This document shows positions 12,848-22,318 of a stretch of 64,000 bases of DNA, one piece after another. The position numbers and the translations under genes are program-made. The stretch comes from an uncultured Candidatus Rokubacteria bacterium (GTDB lineage: Bacteria; Methylomirabilota; Methylomirabilia; Rokubacteriales; CSP1-6), in contig CAVXJS010000022.1 in NCBI GenBank assembly GCA_963762145.1, positions 1-64,000 on the forward strand, in the 5' to 3' direction. Each line of letters opens with the position of its first letter. Position 1 is the stretch's first letter. The notes beneath the pieces are model-generated. The model searched no databases, was not told the DNA's origin, and worked only from the letters and a program-made list of their open reading frames with translations.

Positions 12848-13342
12848 TCAGTCGTCCGGCCTCGCGAAGTAGAGCGCCCCGACGAGGGCGGCCAGGAACA
12901 GCACGCCCAGCAGCTCGAAGGGCAGCACGTAGCTCGTGAGCAGGCTCTGGCCGATCGCGCGGGTGAGATCCCCGGTCACCACGGGACGCGGGACGGTGAG
13001 CGGGCTCCGGCGAAAGACCGCGAGGAGAGCCACCAGCAGCGCGCCCGAGAGGATGAAGCCGGTCAGGATCTGACGGCTCGTCTGCGTGATGCGGTCGCCC
13101 ACCAGCCGCTCCGTCACCACGATGGCGAAGACCGCGATGGTCACCACGCCACCCGCGTAGAGCAGGAGCTGGACCGCGGCCAGGAACTCGGCGTCGAGCG
13201 AGAGGAACACCCCCGCGGTGGCGGTCAGCGAGAGGGCGAGGTAGAGCACCGAGTGGAAGAGGTTCCGGGTCAGCACCACCGCGAGGGACGAGGCCAGCAG
13301 CACCACCGCGAGGCCCCAGAACGCGATCGGCTCGATGCTCAC
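12848..13342 (-). CDS. nuoJ: Complex I subunit J
   Basis: AEFLAAVQLLLYAGGV, YVLPFELLGV; GTG start overlaps nuoI stop. Confidence 0.93.
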   Translation of the reverse strand: MSIEPIAFWGLAVVLLASSLAVVLTRNLFHSVLYLALSLTATAGVFLSLDAEFLAAVQLLLYAGGVVTIAVFAIVVTERLVGDRITQTSRQILTGFILSGALLVALLAVFRRSPLTVPRPVVTGDLTRAIGQSLLTSYVLPFELLGVLFLAALVGALYFARPDD

Positions 13343-13926
13343 TCGGCCGCGGCTCCGGGTTTCGGCGCGGGCCCGGCGGCGGCCGGCTTGGCGGGCTCGG
13401 CCGCTTCCGCCTTGGGCGCCTTCGGCGGCGTCTGCATGTCGCGCAGCAGGTTGCCGGTCGCCCACGAGGGCTCGAACTGGAGCCCGATCTGGTGCAGGCG
13501 GTCCTTGTCGAGCAGGAGCTCGCGGCGGTCCGCCGTCGACATGTCGAACGACTTCATCATGATGATGGCGTCGGTGGGGCACACCTGCACGCACAGCTCG
13601 CAGAACTCGCACGCGTAGAGCTCGAGCGTGAAGACCTTGGCGAAGTTGCGCTTCTCCGCCTTGAGCATCTCCACCTTGATGACCTGGGGCGGGCAGATGT
13701 ACTCGCAGAGCCGGCACCCGATGCAGTTCTCCTCGCCGGTCTCCTTGTCGTAGGTGAGCGCGAGCAGGCCGCGGTACCGGTCCGGATAATTCCGCGTCTT
13801 GTCCGGATAGTGCACCGTCACCGGGCGGCGGAACAGATTCATGAAGCTGACCTTCATCGCCCGCGGCACCGCGACGCACAGGCTGAAGAAGTCGCCCCAG
13901 AAGCTGTCGCCGAGGCGCCTAGCCAC
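13339..13926 (-). CDS. nuoI: Complex I subunit I (2x[4Fe-4S])
   Basis: CIGCRLCEYICP and CEFCELCVQVCP. Confidence 0.95.
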   Translation of the reverse strand: MARRLGDSFWGDFFSLCVAVPRAMKVSFMNLFRRPVTVHYPDKTRNYPDRYRGLLALTYDKETGEENCIGCRLCEYICPPQVIKVEMLKAEKRNFAKVFTLELYACEFCELCVQVCPTDAIIMMKSFDMSTADRRELLLDKDRLHQIGLQFEPSWATGNLLRDMQTPPKAPKAEAAEPAKPAAAGPAPKPGAAAE

Positions 13927-14911
13927 CGGGCGCCCCCTGTAGCGCGACCACCACCGCGGTCGCCATCAGGAGGAGGAGGGTCGCGGGCATCAGGAACTTC
14001 CAGGAGATGGCGAGGATCTGGTCGGCGCGGATGCGCACGAAGCTCCAGCGGATCCACGTGACCACGAGGAAGATGAACATCCCCTTGAGCGTGAACCACA
14101 GCGCGCCCACCCACGGCGAGCCGTCCGAGCCGGGCCCGGCCCACCCGCCCAGGAAGAGGAGCGCGCCCAGGTAGGAGGTGGCGATCACGTGGGCGTACTC
14201 GCCGAGCTGGATCAGCGCGAACTTCATGCCCGAGTACTCCACGCGGAAGCCCGCGATCAGCTCGGACTCGGCCTCCAGGATGTCGAAAGGCACGCGGTTC
14301 TCCGCGGCCAGGGTCGCCACGATGTACAGGAGAAACGCGAGCGTGCCGAGCGGGAACCACCCCGCGTACCAGAGGCCCGCCTGGGCCTCCGCGATGTCGG
14401 AGAGCCGCAGCGACCCGGCCAGGAGTACGGGCACCATCGCCACGAAGATGAAGGGCAGATCGTAGGAGATGATCTGGTTGACCGCCCGCATCGCGGAGAG
14501 CAGCGCGTACTTGTTGTTGGAGCCCCAGCCGCCCATGAAGAGCCCGACGATCTCCATCGCCGAGACCGCGAGGAAGAAGAGGATACCGATGTTGAGGTCC
14601 GCGATCCCCAGGCCCGGGGCGAAGGGCAGCGTGGCGAAGATGAGCATGCACGGAACGAGGAACACGATCGGGGCCAGGTTGTAGACGGACCGGTCGGCGG
14701 CCCGCGGCACCACGTCCTCCTTCATCATGAGCTTGAGCGCGTCCGCGATGGGCTGGAGCAGGCCGTGCGGGCCGACCCGGTAGGGGCCGATGCGCGACTG
14801 CATCCGCGCCGCGAACTTCCGCTCGAGCAGCGTGACGTAGGTGACCATGCCGATGATCACGTTCAGGACGATGAACCCTATGATGAACGCGTTGACCGTC
14901 TCCATGATCAT
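13919..14911 (-). CDS. nuoH: Complex I subunit H
   Basis: LERKFAARMQSRIGP, GLLQPIADALK, RVPFDILEAESEL, EYSGMKF. Confidence 0.96.
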   Translation of the reverse strand: MIMETVNAFIIGFIVLNVIIGMVTYVTLLERKFAARMQSRIGPYRVGPHGLLQPIADALKLMMKEDVVPRAADRSVYNLAPIVFLVPCMLIFATLPFAPGLGIADLNIGILFFLAVSAMEIVGLFMGGWGSNNKYALLSAMRAVNQIISYDLPFIFVAMVPVLLAGSLRLSDIAEAQAGLWYAGWFPLGTLAFLLYIVATLAAENRVPFDILEAESELIAGFRVEYSGMKFALIQLGEYAHVIATSYLGALLFLGGWAGPGSDGSPWVGALWFTLKGMFIFLVVTWIRWSFVRIRADQILAISWKFLMPATLLLLMATAVVVALQGAPGG

Positions 14912-15024
14912 GGGAGGACTCGGCTCATCGGTGCTGGGACTGGCGCCTCTTTATATGCGGGGGCCCAGAAATGGCCCCCGCACTCCCCCAACTGGCGGAC
15001 ACTCGTGACCGGTGCCGGCATCGC

Positions 15025-16185
15025 CTAGCGGTCGACCTCGCCGAAGACGGGGTCCACCGAGCCCATGATTGCCACGACGTCGGCCACCCGGCAGCCGATC
15101 AGGATGTGCGGCAGCACCGAGAGGTTGGAGAAGGAGGCGCCGCGCCACTTCATGCGGTAGGGTTTGGCCGAGCCGTCGGAGATGAGGTAGCAGCCCACCT
15201 CGCCGCGCGCGCCCTCGACCCGCGCGTACCCTTCGCCCTTGGGGATGCGCACCTGGCCGACCGACTTGACGCCGGGGCGGGAGGAGACCGGCCCCTCCGG
15301 CAGCCCGTCGAGGGCCTGCCGCACGATGCTGATGGACTCGCGGAACTCGACCATCCGCACCCGGTACCGCGCGTAGCAGTCGCCCGCGGTCTCCACCGGC
15401 ACCTTGAAGTCGAAGTCCTCATAGGAGGAGTAGGGCTCGAGGCGCCGGATGTCGTAGCTCACCCCGGAGCCGCGGATCAGCGGGCCGGAGACGCCGACGG
15501 TCTGGGCCAGCTCCCGCGAGATCGTGCCCACGCCCTGGGTGCGCGCCTGGAAGAACGCGTTCCGCTCCAGCATGTCCTCGTACTCGTCCAGGCGCTTCTC
15601 GATCAGCGTGATCGTCTCGCGGCACTTCTGGGCCCATCCGGCCGGGATGTCGTAGCGGGTGCCCCCGACCTGGTGGAAGCCGTAGAGCAGCCGCGCGCCG
15701 ACGAGGGCCTCGAAGAGATCCAGCACCCACTCGCGCTCACGGATGCAGTAGAGGAACACGGTGGCGCCGCCGCCCAGCGCGCCGCCCATGTCGAGGCACC
15801 AGGTGCCGAGCCAGAGGCAGTGCGAGGCGATGCGCTGCAGCTCGGCCACGATCACGCGCAGGTACTGGGCCCGCCGCGGCACCTCGACCTTGCCCACCAT
15901 CTCGGCCGCGCGCACGTAGGCCAGCTCGCTGGTCATCGCCGCCACGTAATCGGTCTTGGACGCGATCGACGGGTACTGCGTGTAGGTGAGCGACTCGCCG
16001 AGCTTCTCGTGGCAGCGGTGGAGGTAGCCGATCACCGCGTCCACCGCCACCACCGTCTCGCCCTCGAGGGTGAGGATCGCGCGGAAGACCCCGTGGGCGG
16101 ACGGGTGCTGCGGCCCCATGTTCATGGTGAGCCGCTCGCTGCCCCCGTAGCCCAGCTCGATGACTTTGCGTGCTTCTGGATCCAT
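15025..16185 (-). CDS. nuoD: Complex I subunit D
   Basis: NMGPQHPSAHGVFR, GYLHR, ELQRIASH, VEGARGE, FGEVDR; no Ni-binding CxxC pairs. Confidence 0.95.
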   Translation of the reverse strand: MDPEARKVIELGYGGSERLTMNMGPQHPSAHGVFRAILTLEGETVVAVDAVIGYLHRCHEKLGESLTYTQYPSIASKTDYVAAMTSELAYVRAAEMVGKVEVPRRAQYLRVIVAELQRIASHCLWLGTWCLDMGGALGGGATVFLYCIREREWVLDLFEALVGARLLYGFHQVGGTRYDIPAGWAQKCRETITLIEKRLDEYEDMLERNAFFQARTQGVGTISRELAQTVGVSGPLIRGSGVSYDIRRLEPYSSYEDFDFKVPVETAGDCYARYRVRMVEFRESISIVRQALDGLPEGPVSSRPGVKSVGQVRIPKGEGYARVEGARGEVGCYLISDGSAKPYRMKWRGASFSNLSVLPHILIGCRVADVVAIMGSVDPVFGEVDR

Positions 16186-16225
16186 CCGCTTCTGTAGTTT
16201 CCTGTGCCCTTTATTTGGATCTTAC

Positions 16226-16245
16226 GGTCGTCGCAAGCGACGACC
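16226..16245. promoter_or_regulatory. Inverted repeat next to a -10-like TAAGAT upstream of nuoD
   Basis: GGTCGTCGC-AA-GCGACGACC. Confidence 0.35.
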
Positions 16246-16282
16246 TCTCTATGTCGTGGGGCGCTCACGCGCCCGTCCATTC

Positions 16283-16927
16283 CTAGCGCATCGGGGAGAA
16301 GGGCGCGGGGTTGAGGACGATGGCCTGCATGGTCGCGAGCAGCGGGGTGGACTTGCCGAGGAAGGTCTGCCACTCCGGCTCCGTCGCCATCTTGGCCCGG
16401 GCCGCCGCGCGATCGTTCAGGTCGCGGTACACCCACATGTGCACGACCTCGTTGAGCTGGCCCGCTTCCGTCTGCCAGACCCCGACGCGGCGAGTGAACT
16501 TGTCCCGGAACGGCAGGATGTCTTTGAAGAGACCCAGCCACTCACCCGCCTTGCCCACATGCGCGCGGTACCAGCGCAGCTCGTAGACGTTGCCGGCGTC
16601 CGCGGGCGGCGTCATCGGCACGACCGCGGAGAGGATCTTGTTCTCCTGCGCCAGCATCATCGGTCGGATCTTCGGGATGTACTCCTTGGTCCACGCCTCG
16701 TCCTTCGCGAGCGCCGCCCTCAGCTTCTCGCGCTCGTTGAGGTCGGCGTAGCTCCAGAGGTGCACGAGCTGGTTCAGCATGCCGAACTCGGTGGACCAGT
16801 AGCCTTCCAGCTTGCCGTACTTGTCCCCGCGGATCTTGCGGCCGATCTCCCCGTTCAGCTTCAGGTACTCGCCCTGCTTGCCGGGGAGCAGAGTGTATGT
16901 ACGTAGCTCGTAGATCATCGGTGACAC
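16283..16927 (-). CDS. NIPSNAP family protein (two domains)
   Basis: IYELRTY, G.LNQLVHLWSYADLNERE; second repeat VYELRWY...LNEVVHMWVYRDLNDR. Confidence 0.9.
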   Translation of the reverse strand: MSPMIYELRTYTLLPGKQGEYLKLNGEIGRKIRGDKYGKLEGYWSTEFGMLNQLVHLWSYADLNEREKLRAALAKDEAWTKEYIPKIRPMMLAQENKILSAVVPMTPPADAGNVYELRWYRAHVGKAGEWLGLFKDILPFRDKFTRRVGVWQTEAGQLNEVVHMWVYRDLNDRAAARAKMATEPEWQTFLGKSTPLLATMQAIVLNPAPFSPMR

Positions 16928-16937
16928 CTCTTCATCT

Positions 16938-16960
16938 TCAACATGGCCAAGCCATGTTGA
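16938..16960. promoter_or_regulatory. Perfect 10-bp inverted repeat just upstream of the NIPSNAP RBS
   Basis: TCAACATGGC-CAA-GCCATGTTGA. Confidence 0.45.
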
Positions 16961-17002
16961 CCGTGGGCGAGAAGGTTAGTGCAACCCGTCGCGGGATTCA
17001 TC

Positions 17003-17455
17003 CTAGCGATAGGGTGGATGGGGCGTGTCCACGGCGTAGGACTTCAGGAGCGGATGGCCCTCCCAGTCCTGCGGAAGCAGGATGCGCCGCAGGTCGGGGT
17101 GGCCCTCGAAGCGGATCCCGAACATGTCGAAGCACTCACGCTCCATCCACTCCGCGCCGCGGTACATCGGCACGAGCGAGGCGCACGCCGACTGGCCCGC
17201 CCCGAGCCGGGTCTTCATCATGAGGGCGAGGCCCACGTCGAGGTTCTCGACGCGCGTCACCACCTCCAGGCCCTGCTCCTTCCAGTCCACCGCGCTCAGG
17301 AAGTTGAAGTAGAGGCAGCCGAGCGTTTCCTTGGCGAATCCGGCCAGCTCCGCCCATCGATCGGGCGGGACCGACACCGTGAGGAGGGGTCCGTCTCCCT
17401 CGGCGGCCACCCCAAAGCGCTCCTGTATCCTCGCTCGTGCTTGGTCGTGGATCAC
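17003..17455 (-). CDS. nuoC: Complex I subunit C
   Basis: AEWMERECFDMFGIRFEGHPDLRRILLPQDWEGHPLLK. Confidence 0.95.
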   Translation of the reverse strand: MIHDQARARIQERFGVAAEGDGPLLTVSVPPDRWAELAGFAKETLGCLYFNFLSAVDWKEQGLEVVTRVENLDVGLALMMKTRLGAGQSACASLVPMYRGAEWMERECFDMFGIRFEGHPDLRRILLPQDWEGHPLLKSYAVDTPHPPYR

Positions 17456-17459
17456 GCGA

Positions 17460-18098
17460 TCAGTCGATCTTGGCGGTGGGCGCGGCGCGCTTGCCCGTCT
17501 TGTGGAAGTGCGAGATCTGGTCCTGCAGGAGGAGCAGCCCGTTCAGCAGGGACTCCGGCGGAGGCGGGCAACCGGGGACGTAGACGTCCACCGGGATGAC
17601 GCGGTCCACTCCCTTCACCACGTGGTAGCCGTGCCGGAAGGGACCGCCCGAGTTCGCGCACGAGCCCATCGACACCGCCCACTTGGGATCGGGCATCTGA
17701 TCGTAGATACGCTTGAGCATCGGCGCCATCTTGATCGTCACGGTTCCGGAGACGATCATCAGATCCGAGTGCCGCGGCGACGCCCACGGCACCATCCCGA
17801 GGCGCTCCACGTCGAAGCGCGAGGCGAAGGTCGCCATCATCTCGATCGCGCAGCAGGCCAGCCCGAAGGTCACCGGCCACACCGAGGACTTGCGCGCCCA
17901 GTTGAGGAAGTTGTCGGCGACGGTGGTCACGAGGAAGCCGCCCGGAAAGTGCTGGATGCCCTCGGTCACGCTCTCGAAGAGGGCGGAGTGCTTGTCGCCC
18001 TCCGGCCGCTCCTGGCGGTACTTCTCCATCTCCTGCAGGTCCTTGAACTCCGTCCAGACCGCGGGCGGGATCTGCGGGGTCGGCGCCTTTATTTCCAT
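17460..18098 (-). CDS. nuoB: Complex I subunit B
   Basis: [33 protein letters not shown]. Confidence 0.96.
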   Translation of the reverse strand: MEIKAPTPQIPPAVWTEFKDLQEMEKYRQERPEGDKHSALFESVTEGIQHFPGGFLVTTVADNFLNWARKSSVWPVTFGLACCAIEMMATFASRFDVERLGMVPWASPRHSDLMIVSGTVTIKMAPMLKRIYDQMPDPKWAVSMGSCANSGGPFRHGYHVVKGVDRVIPVDVYVPGCPPPPESLLNGLLLLQDQISHFHKTGKRAAPTAKID

Positions 18099-18442
18099 TC
18101 GAGAATCCCCTCCCTATACGCATACACCCAGCCCAGCGAGAGGATGCCCATGAAGAGTCCCATGGTGCCGACCGCCCAGAGGCCGAAGGAGCGGAGCACG
18201 AGCGCCCAGGGGAAGAGGAACACCGCGAGGGCGTCGAAGACGATGAAGATGAGGGCCACGAGGTAGAACGCCACCGGGAACTGCACCCACGCCTCGCCGA
18301 TGGGCTCGGCACCGCACTCGTAGTTCTCGAGCTTGCTCGAGTAGGGCCGGGCCGGGCGGAGCACCGCGGCCATCCCGAGGGAGACCACCGCGAACGCGAC
18401 GATCAGGCCCAGAAATATGACGACGGGGAGATACCCTGCCAC
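18089..18442 (-). CDS. nuoA: Complex I subunit A
   Basis: [30 protein letters not shown]; GTG start after GGAGG. Confidence 0.94.
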   Translation of the reverse strand: MAGYLPVVIFLGLIVAFAVVSLGMAAVLRPARPYSSKLENYECGAEPIGEAWVQFPVAFYLVALIFIVFDALAVFLFPWALVLRSFGLWAVGTMGLFMGILSLGWVYAYREGILEWK

Positions 18443-18476
18443 GCGTGCCTCCTGCTGATTGACTTCAAACCCCGCG

Positions 18477-18487
18477 GAGTATAACAC
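18477..18487 (-). promoter_or_regulatory. Extended -10 promoter of nuo operon
   Basis: TGTTATACT about 35 nt upstream of the nuoA start. Confidence 0.55.
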
Positions 18488-18744
18488 ATGCTGCCCGCTC
18501 GACCCGCTGAGGCGGGGCGGCGCGGATAGCTCGTCACCTGCTTGGCTTTCCAGCTTGGGATGTGTTCGCTTCCTTCAATCCGTCAACGCGATTACGCAAA
18601 ATTGACACCTGAACACGGCACCGATCCCTCGATCGGGGCGCAAGGTCTCGATTCCACTGAAGTTCTAGCCGCGCAAGTCTGGCACTTGGGTTGCTTCCTC
18701 TCTACGCGCCAACCCGAACCCTGCTTTCACGCGATCGGAGACAA

Positions 18745-20531
18745 GTGAGCGGCGACGATCTGAACCGGGAAATCGCTTTCGCAGGCCAGCGGGTCAAGCA
18801 GAAGGTCATCTTCGCCCTCACCCTCGCTTCGGTGATCCCGCTGCTGATCCTGACCTACGCCTTCCAGACGCCCGTCCGGGTCATGCTCGGACCGATCAGT
18901 CAGTATACCGAGGCCTTCACGATGCCCGCGCTTCTCCTGTTCACCGGCCTGCTCATGGCGGGGGGCGGCTTCGTGGTATGGGACGTGGCCTCGGCCATCT
19001 CGCGGGCGGCGCATCTGGCCACCGCCACCAAGGTGGCGGACCTGCCCGCGGTGCCGACCCGCAAGGACGAGATCGGCACCCTCATGAGCTCGTTCGCGAA
19101 GATGCTGGCCACGATCGAGCAGCAGACAGACGAGATCAACCAGTTCCCGCGCCGCCTCGACCAGCTCGCGCGCCAGGCGTTCCGCGACTCGCTCACCAGC
19201 CTGCCCAATCGCTCGCTGTTCATGGACCGGCTCGCCCACGCCCTCGACCCGGACCGAGCGGCGCGGCGAGCAGCTCGCGGTCCTCTTCCTCGATCTCGAT
19301 CGGTTCAAGGTCGTCAACGACAGCCTGGGCCACGGCGTCGGCGATCAGCTCCTGATCGGGGTCAGCCAGCGGCTCGCCTCCTGCCTGCGCCCCGAGGACA
19401 CGATCGCCCGGCTGGGCGGCGACGAGTTCGCGATCCTGATCGAGGACGTCAAGGACGACAAGGCGCCCGCCTCGGTGGCGGATCGCCTCACCGGCGAGCT
19501 GCAGCAGCCGTTCACCGTCGAGGGCCGCGAGGTGGTGATCACGGTGAGCATCGGCATCGCGATGAGCACCGCCCGGCGGATGACCCCCGAGGACATCCTG
19601 CGCGACGCCGATCTGGCCATGTACCACGCCAAGGGCAAGGGCAAGGCGCGCTACGAGATCTTCGACAAGAGCATGAACGCGCCCGCGCAGGAGCGCATGG
19701 ATCTCGAGCTCGACTTGCGCAACGCGGTGGCGCGCGGGGAGTTCGTCCTGCACTACCAGCCGATCCTCGAGCTGCCTACCGGCCGCATCGTCGAGATGGA
19801 GGCGCTCGTTCGCTGGAAGCATCCGCAACGCGGCCTGCTCTTCCCGGGCGACTTCGTCGGACTGTCCGAGGAGACCGGCCTCATCGTGCCCCTCGGGCGC
19901 TGGGTGCTCCACGAGGCCTGCCGTCAGACGCGCCAGTGGCAGCTCGCCGCGCCGGGGTCGAGCCCTGGCGATCAGCGTCAACCTCTCCGCGCGCCAGCTC
20001 CAGCAGCCCGGCCTCGTGGAGGAGATCGCGGCGGTCCTGCGCGAGACGCGCCTCGACCCGGGCGCGCTGCGCCTGGAGATCACCGAGACGGTGGTCATGC
20101 ACGACGCGCCGACCACCCTGGCCAAGCTCGAGGCGCTGAAGGCGCTCGGCGTGCAGCTCGCCATCGACGACTTCGGGACCGGCTACTCGTCGCTCGGCTA
20201 CCTCAAGCGCTTCCCGGTGGACACGCTCAAGATCGACCGGTCGTTCGTGAAGGGCATCGGCCAGAACGTGGAGGACGGCGCGATCGTGCGCGCGGTCATC
20301 ACGGTGGCCAAGAGCCTCGGCCTCGCGGTCACCGCCGAGGGCATCGAGACCGCCGACCAGCTCGAGCACCTCCGCTCGCTCGGCTGCGACCACGGCCAGG
20401 GCTACTACTTCGCCAAGCCGATGGCGAGCGATCGCGTGCCCGCCCTGCTGGTGACGAGCACGCCCTGGGGCGGGCAGCGTCCGCCCAGCCCGCTGCTGGT
20501 CAACGGCAACCCGACCTCGAACGGACACTAG
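18745..20531 (+). CDS. Membrane HAMP-like/GGDEF/EAL c-di-GMP cyclase-phosphodiesterase, frameshifted
   Basis: Two TM helices, KDEIGTL, DSLTSLPNR, RLGGDEF, MEALVRW, IDDFGTGYSSL, LKIDRSFV. Confidence 0.92.
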
Positions 20532-20555
20532 CTCGGAGGGGGGCTCACGCCACCG

Positions 20556-20604
20556 GGGGTCAGGTCTTACATTCCGACAATGTGGGAATGTAAGACCTGA
20601 CCCC
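20556..20604. repeat. Perfect 20-bp inverted repeat (REP-like element or bidirectional terminator)
   Basis: GGGGTCAGGTCTTACATTCC-9 nt-GGAATGTAAGACCTGACCCC between convergent genes. Confidence 0.8.
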
Positions 20605-20671
20605 GGTCGCGTTTCTGAGCGGAGCCGTCCCACCGCAGCACCTCGATGTCCTTACTACGGCGGCCGGCCCG

Positions 20672-21172
20672 CTAGCGGGTCGTCGGGCGGGCGCCCAGGC
20701 CCATCACCCGGCCCACCTGCGGCGGCCGCGGCAGCTGGTCGTGCGCACGCTGGATCTCGCCCAGGCGCTGGAGGATCTCGGGCGCCATGGGCGCACCTCG
20801 CCGGGTCGCCTGGCTCACGTGCAGCGACATGAGCTCGTTGGTGGCGGCGAGATATCCCGCCGCGCCGTGGAACATCTCGTGGATGTAGTGCATGCGCTTC
20901 GCGTCGTGGGCCAGGAGCCGCGTGGTGAATCGCAGCGGATCGCCTTCGCGGACCTCGCGATGATACGTGACGTGCGCCTCCAGGCAGAACGTGGTGACCT
21001 CCCGCGCGCCGCGATGGGCGGCGTCCAGCCCGATGCGCCGCATCCACTCGTCGGTGGCCAGGTCGAAGACCACCACGTAGTACCCCATGTTCATGTGCCC
21101 GTTGTTGTCGATCCACTCCGGGCGAACCACGCACGTGTACCTCGATGCAATGACGTCGGCCGCGTCGGCGAT
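20672..21172 (-). CDS. Acyl-CoA thioesterase (hotdog fold); start uncertain
   Basis: VRPEWIDNNGHMNMGYY, LEAHVTYHREV. Confidence 0.85.
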   Translation of the reverse strand: MADAADVIASRYTCVVRPEWIDNNGHMNMGYYVVVFDLATDEWMRRIGLDAAHRGAREVTTFCLEAHVTYHREVREGDPLRFTTRLLAHDAKRMHYIHEMFHGAAGYLAATNELMSLHVSQATRRGAPMAPEILQRLGEIQRAHDQLPRPPQVGRVMGLGARPTTR

Positions 21173-21231
21173 GGCTCCCTCCCGGGGTACGAAGGTCGGA
21201 TCGAGCTGTCCCGCCGTCGCAGGATAGCCGG

Positions 21232-21269
21232 ATCGGGGGATTTCCCGATAAATTCCGGCCTTCTATGCT
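21232..21269 (+). promoter_or_regulatory. Palindrome plus -10 box upstream of the ParB-like gene
   Basis: ATCGGG-GGATTT-CCCGAT (21232-21249) overlapping the -35 position of TATGCT (21264-21269). Confidence 0.4.
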
Positions 21270-21290
21270 TGAGGCCTGGAGGTGACGCCC

Positions 21291-22271
21291 ATGACCACCT
21301 ACGAGGCCCACGAGCTTGCCCTGATCTTCCCGCCCATGAGCGAGCCCGAGTTCGCCGCCTTCAAGGAGGACATCCGCGAGCAGGGGCAGCAGGAGGCGAT
21401 CATCCTGTACGAGGGCAAGATCCTGGACGGCCTGCACCGCTACCGTGCCTGCCAGGAGCTCGGCCGGGAGCCCCGGGTGGTCCGGTTCGAGGGCAATCCC
21501 CGGGCGGCCGCCCAGCTGGTCCTGGGCCGGAACTTCCATCGGCGGCACCTGACGACCTCGCAGCGGGCCCTCGTGGCGGCCGAGATGTGCAAGCTCCGGC
21601 CGCGCGGAAATACGGGGACGTCCCCCTATTTGACCGCGGCCCAGGCGTCCACCCTGATGAGCGTTGGCGAGGACCTCGTCAAGGATGCCAAACATCTGTT
21701 GAGGTCCGGAGACGAGGAGCTCATCCGCTCGGTGCGCGACGGGGTCCGGTCGGTCTCGGCCGCGATCCAGGAGAAGAAGGAAAAGGCCCGATTCACCTTC
21801 GTCGAGCAGTTCGCCCAGCGCCTCGACCGCGCGCTCCAGGGCCACAACGACCGGGACGCCCAGGTCGTCTACGCGGCCAAGCCACTGCTCCAGTACATCA
21901 CGCTACGCATCCAGGACTACCTCGACCCACGGACCGCCGAGCCCCTGGGCGGCGAGAACGGCGCCGTCGTATGGGACCCGGCCGAGCTCAAGGTGCCGGA
22001 CTGGCTCTACGCGGAGCGGGGGGAGGTGACCGCGGGGGAGCGGCGCGCCCGACTGGCCGCCGTCCTGCCGAAGGCCCGGGACGCCGCGCGCGGATTTCCC
22101 GGGAAGCGCTGCCCGGCCTGCGGCCTGCCGTTGCTGACGACCATCCGTCCGGAGGAGCCCTCGTACTGCGCCGTCTGCAAGGGCGACGTGCTCTGGGAAT
22201 GGTCCTGGATGCGTGAGCAGGTAGAGGTCGCCTTCAGTAGCGCGCTGCGGTCCCTGGGACCCGCCGCCTAG
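21291..22271 (+). CDS. ParB-like N-terminal domain + HTH + C-terminal Zn-ribbon protein
   Basis: HELALIFPPMSEPEF...DIREQG...ILDGLHRYRAC, NFHRRHLTTSQRA, CPACG...CAVCKG; GGAGG RBS. Confidence 0.75.
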   Translation: MTTYEAHELALIFPPMSEPEFAAFKEDIREQGQQEAIILYEGKILDGLHRYRACQELGREPRVVRFEGNPRAAAQLVLGRNFHRRHLTTSQRALVAAEMCKLRPRGNTGTSPYLTAAQASTLMSVGEDLVKDAKHLLRSGDEELIRSVRDGVRSVSAAIQEKKEKARFTFVEQFAQRLDRALQGHNDRDAQVVYAAKPLLQYITLRIQDYLDPRTAEPLGGENGAVVWDPAELKVPDWLYAERGEVTAGERRARLAAVLPKARDAARGFPGKRCPACGLPLLTTIRPEEPSYCAVCKGDVLWEWSWMREQVEVAFSSALRSLGPAA

Positions 22272-22280
22272 CCGAGGGGC

Positions 22281-22308
22281 GAGGGCGCCCGGCCGCCCCC
22301 GCCCTCGA
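22281..22308. terminator. GC hairpin between convergent genes
   Basis: GAGGGCG...CGCCCTC. Confidence 0.4.
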
Positions 22309-22318
22309 TCGTCGGCGC

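Noticed and set aside
15025-18098. Group 4 [NiFe]-hydrogenase interpretation, given the HypE-like gene nearby
   Set aside because: NuoD lacks both CxxC Ni-binding motifs, NuoB has the tandem CC of complex I, and the AIR-synthase-like gene has no hyp neighbours.
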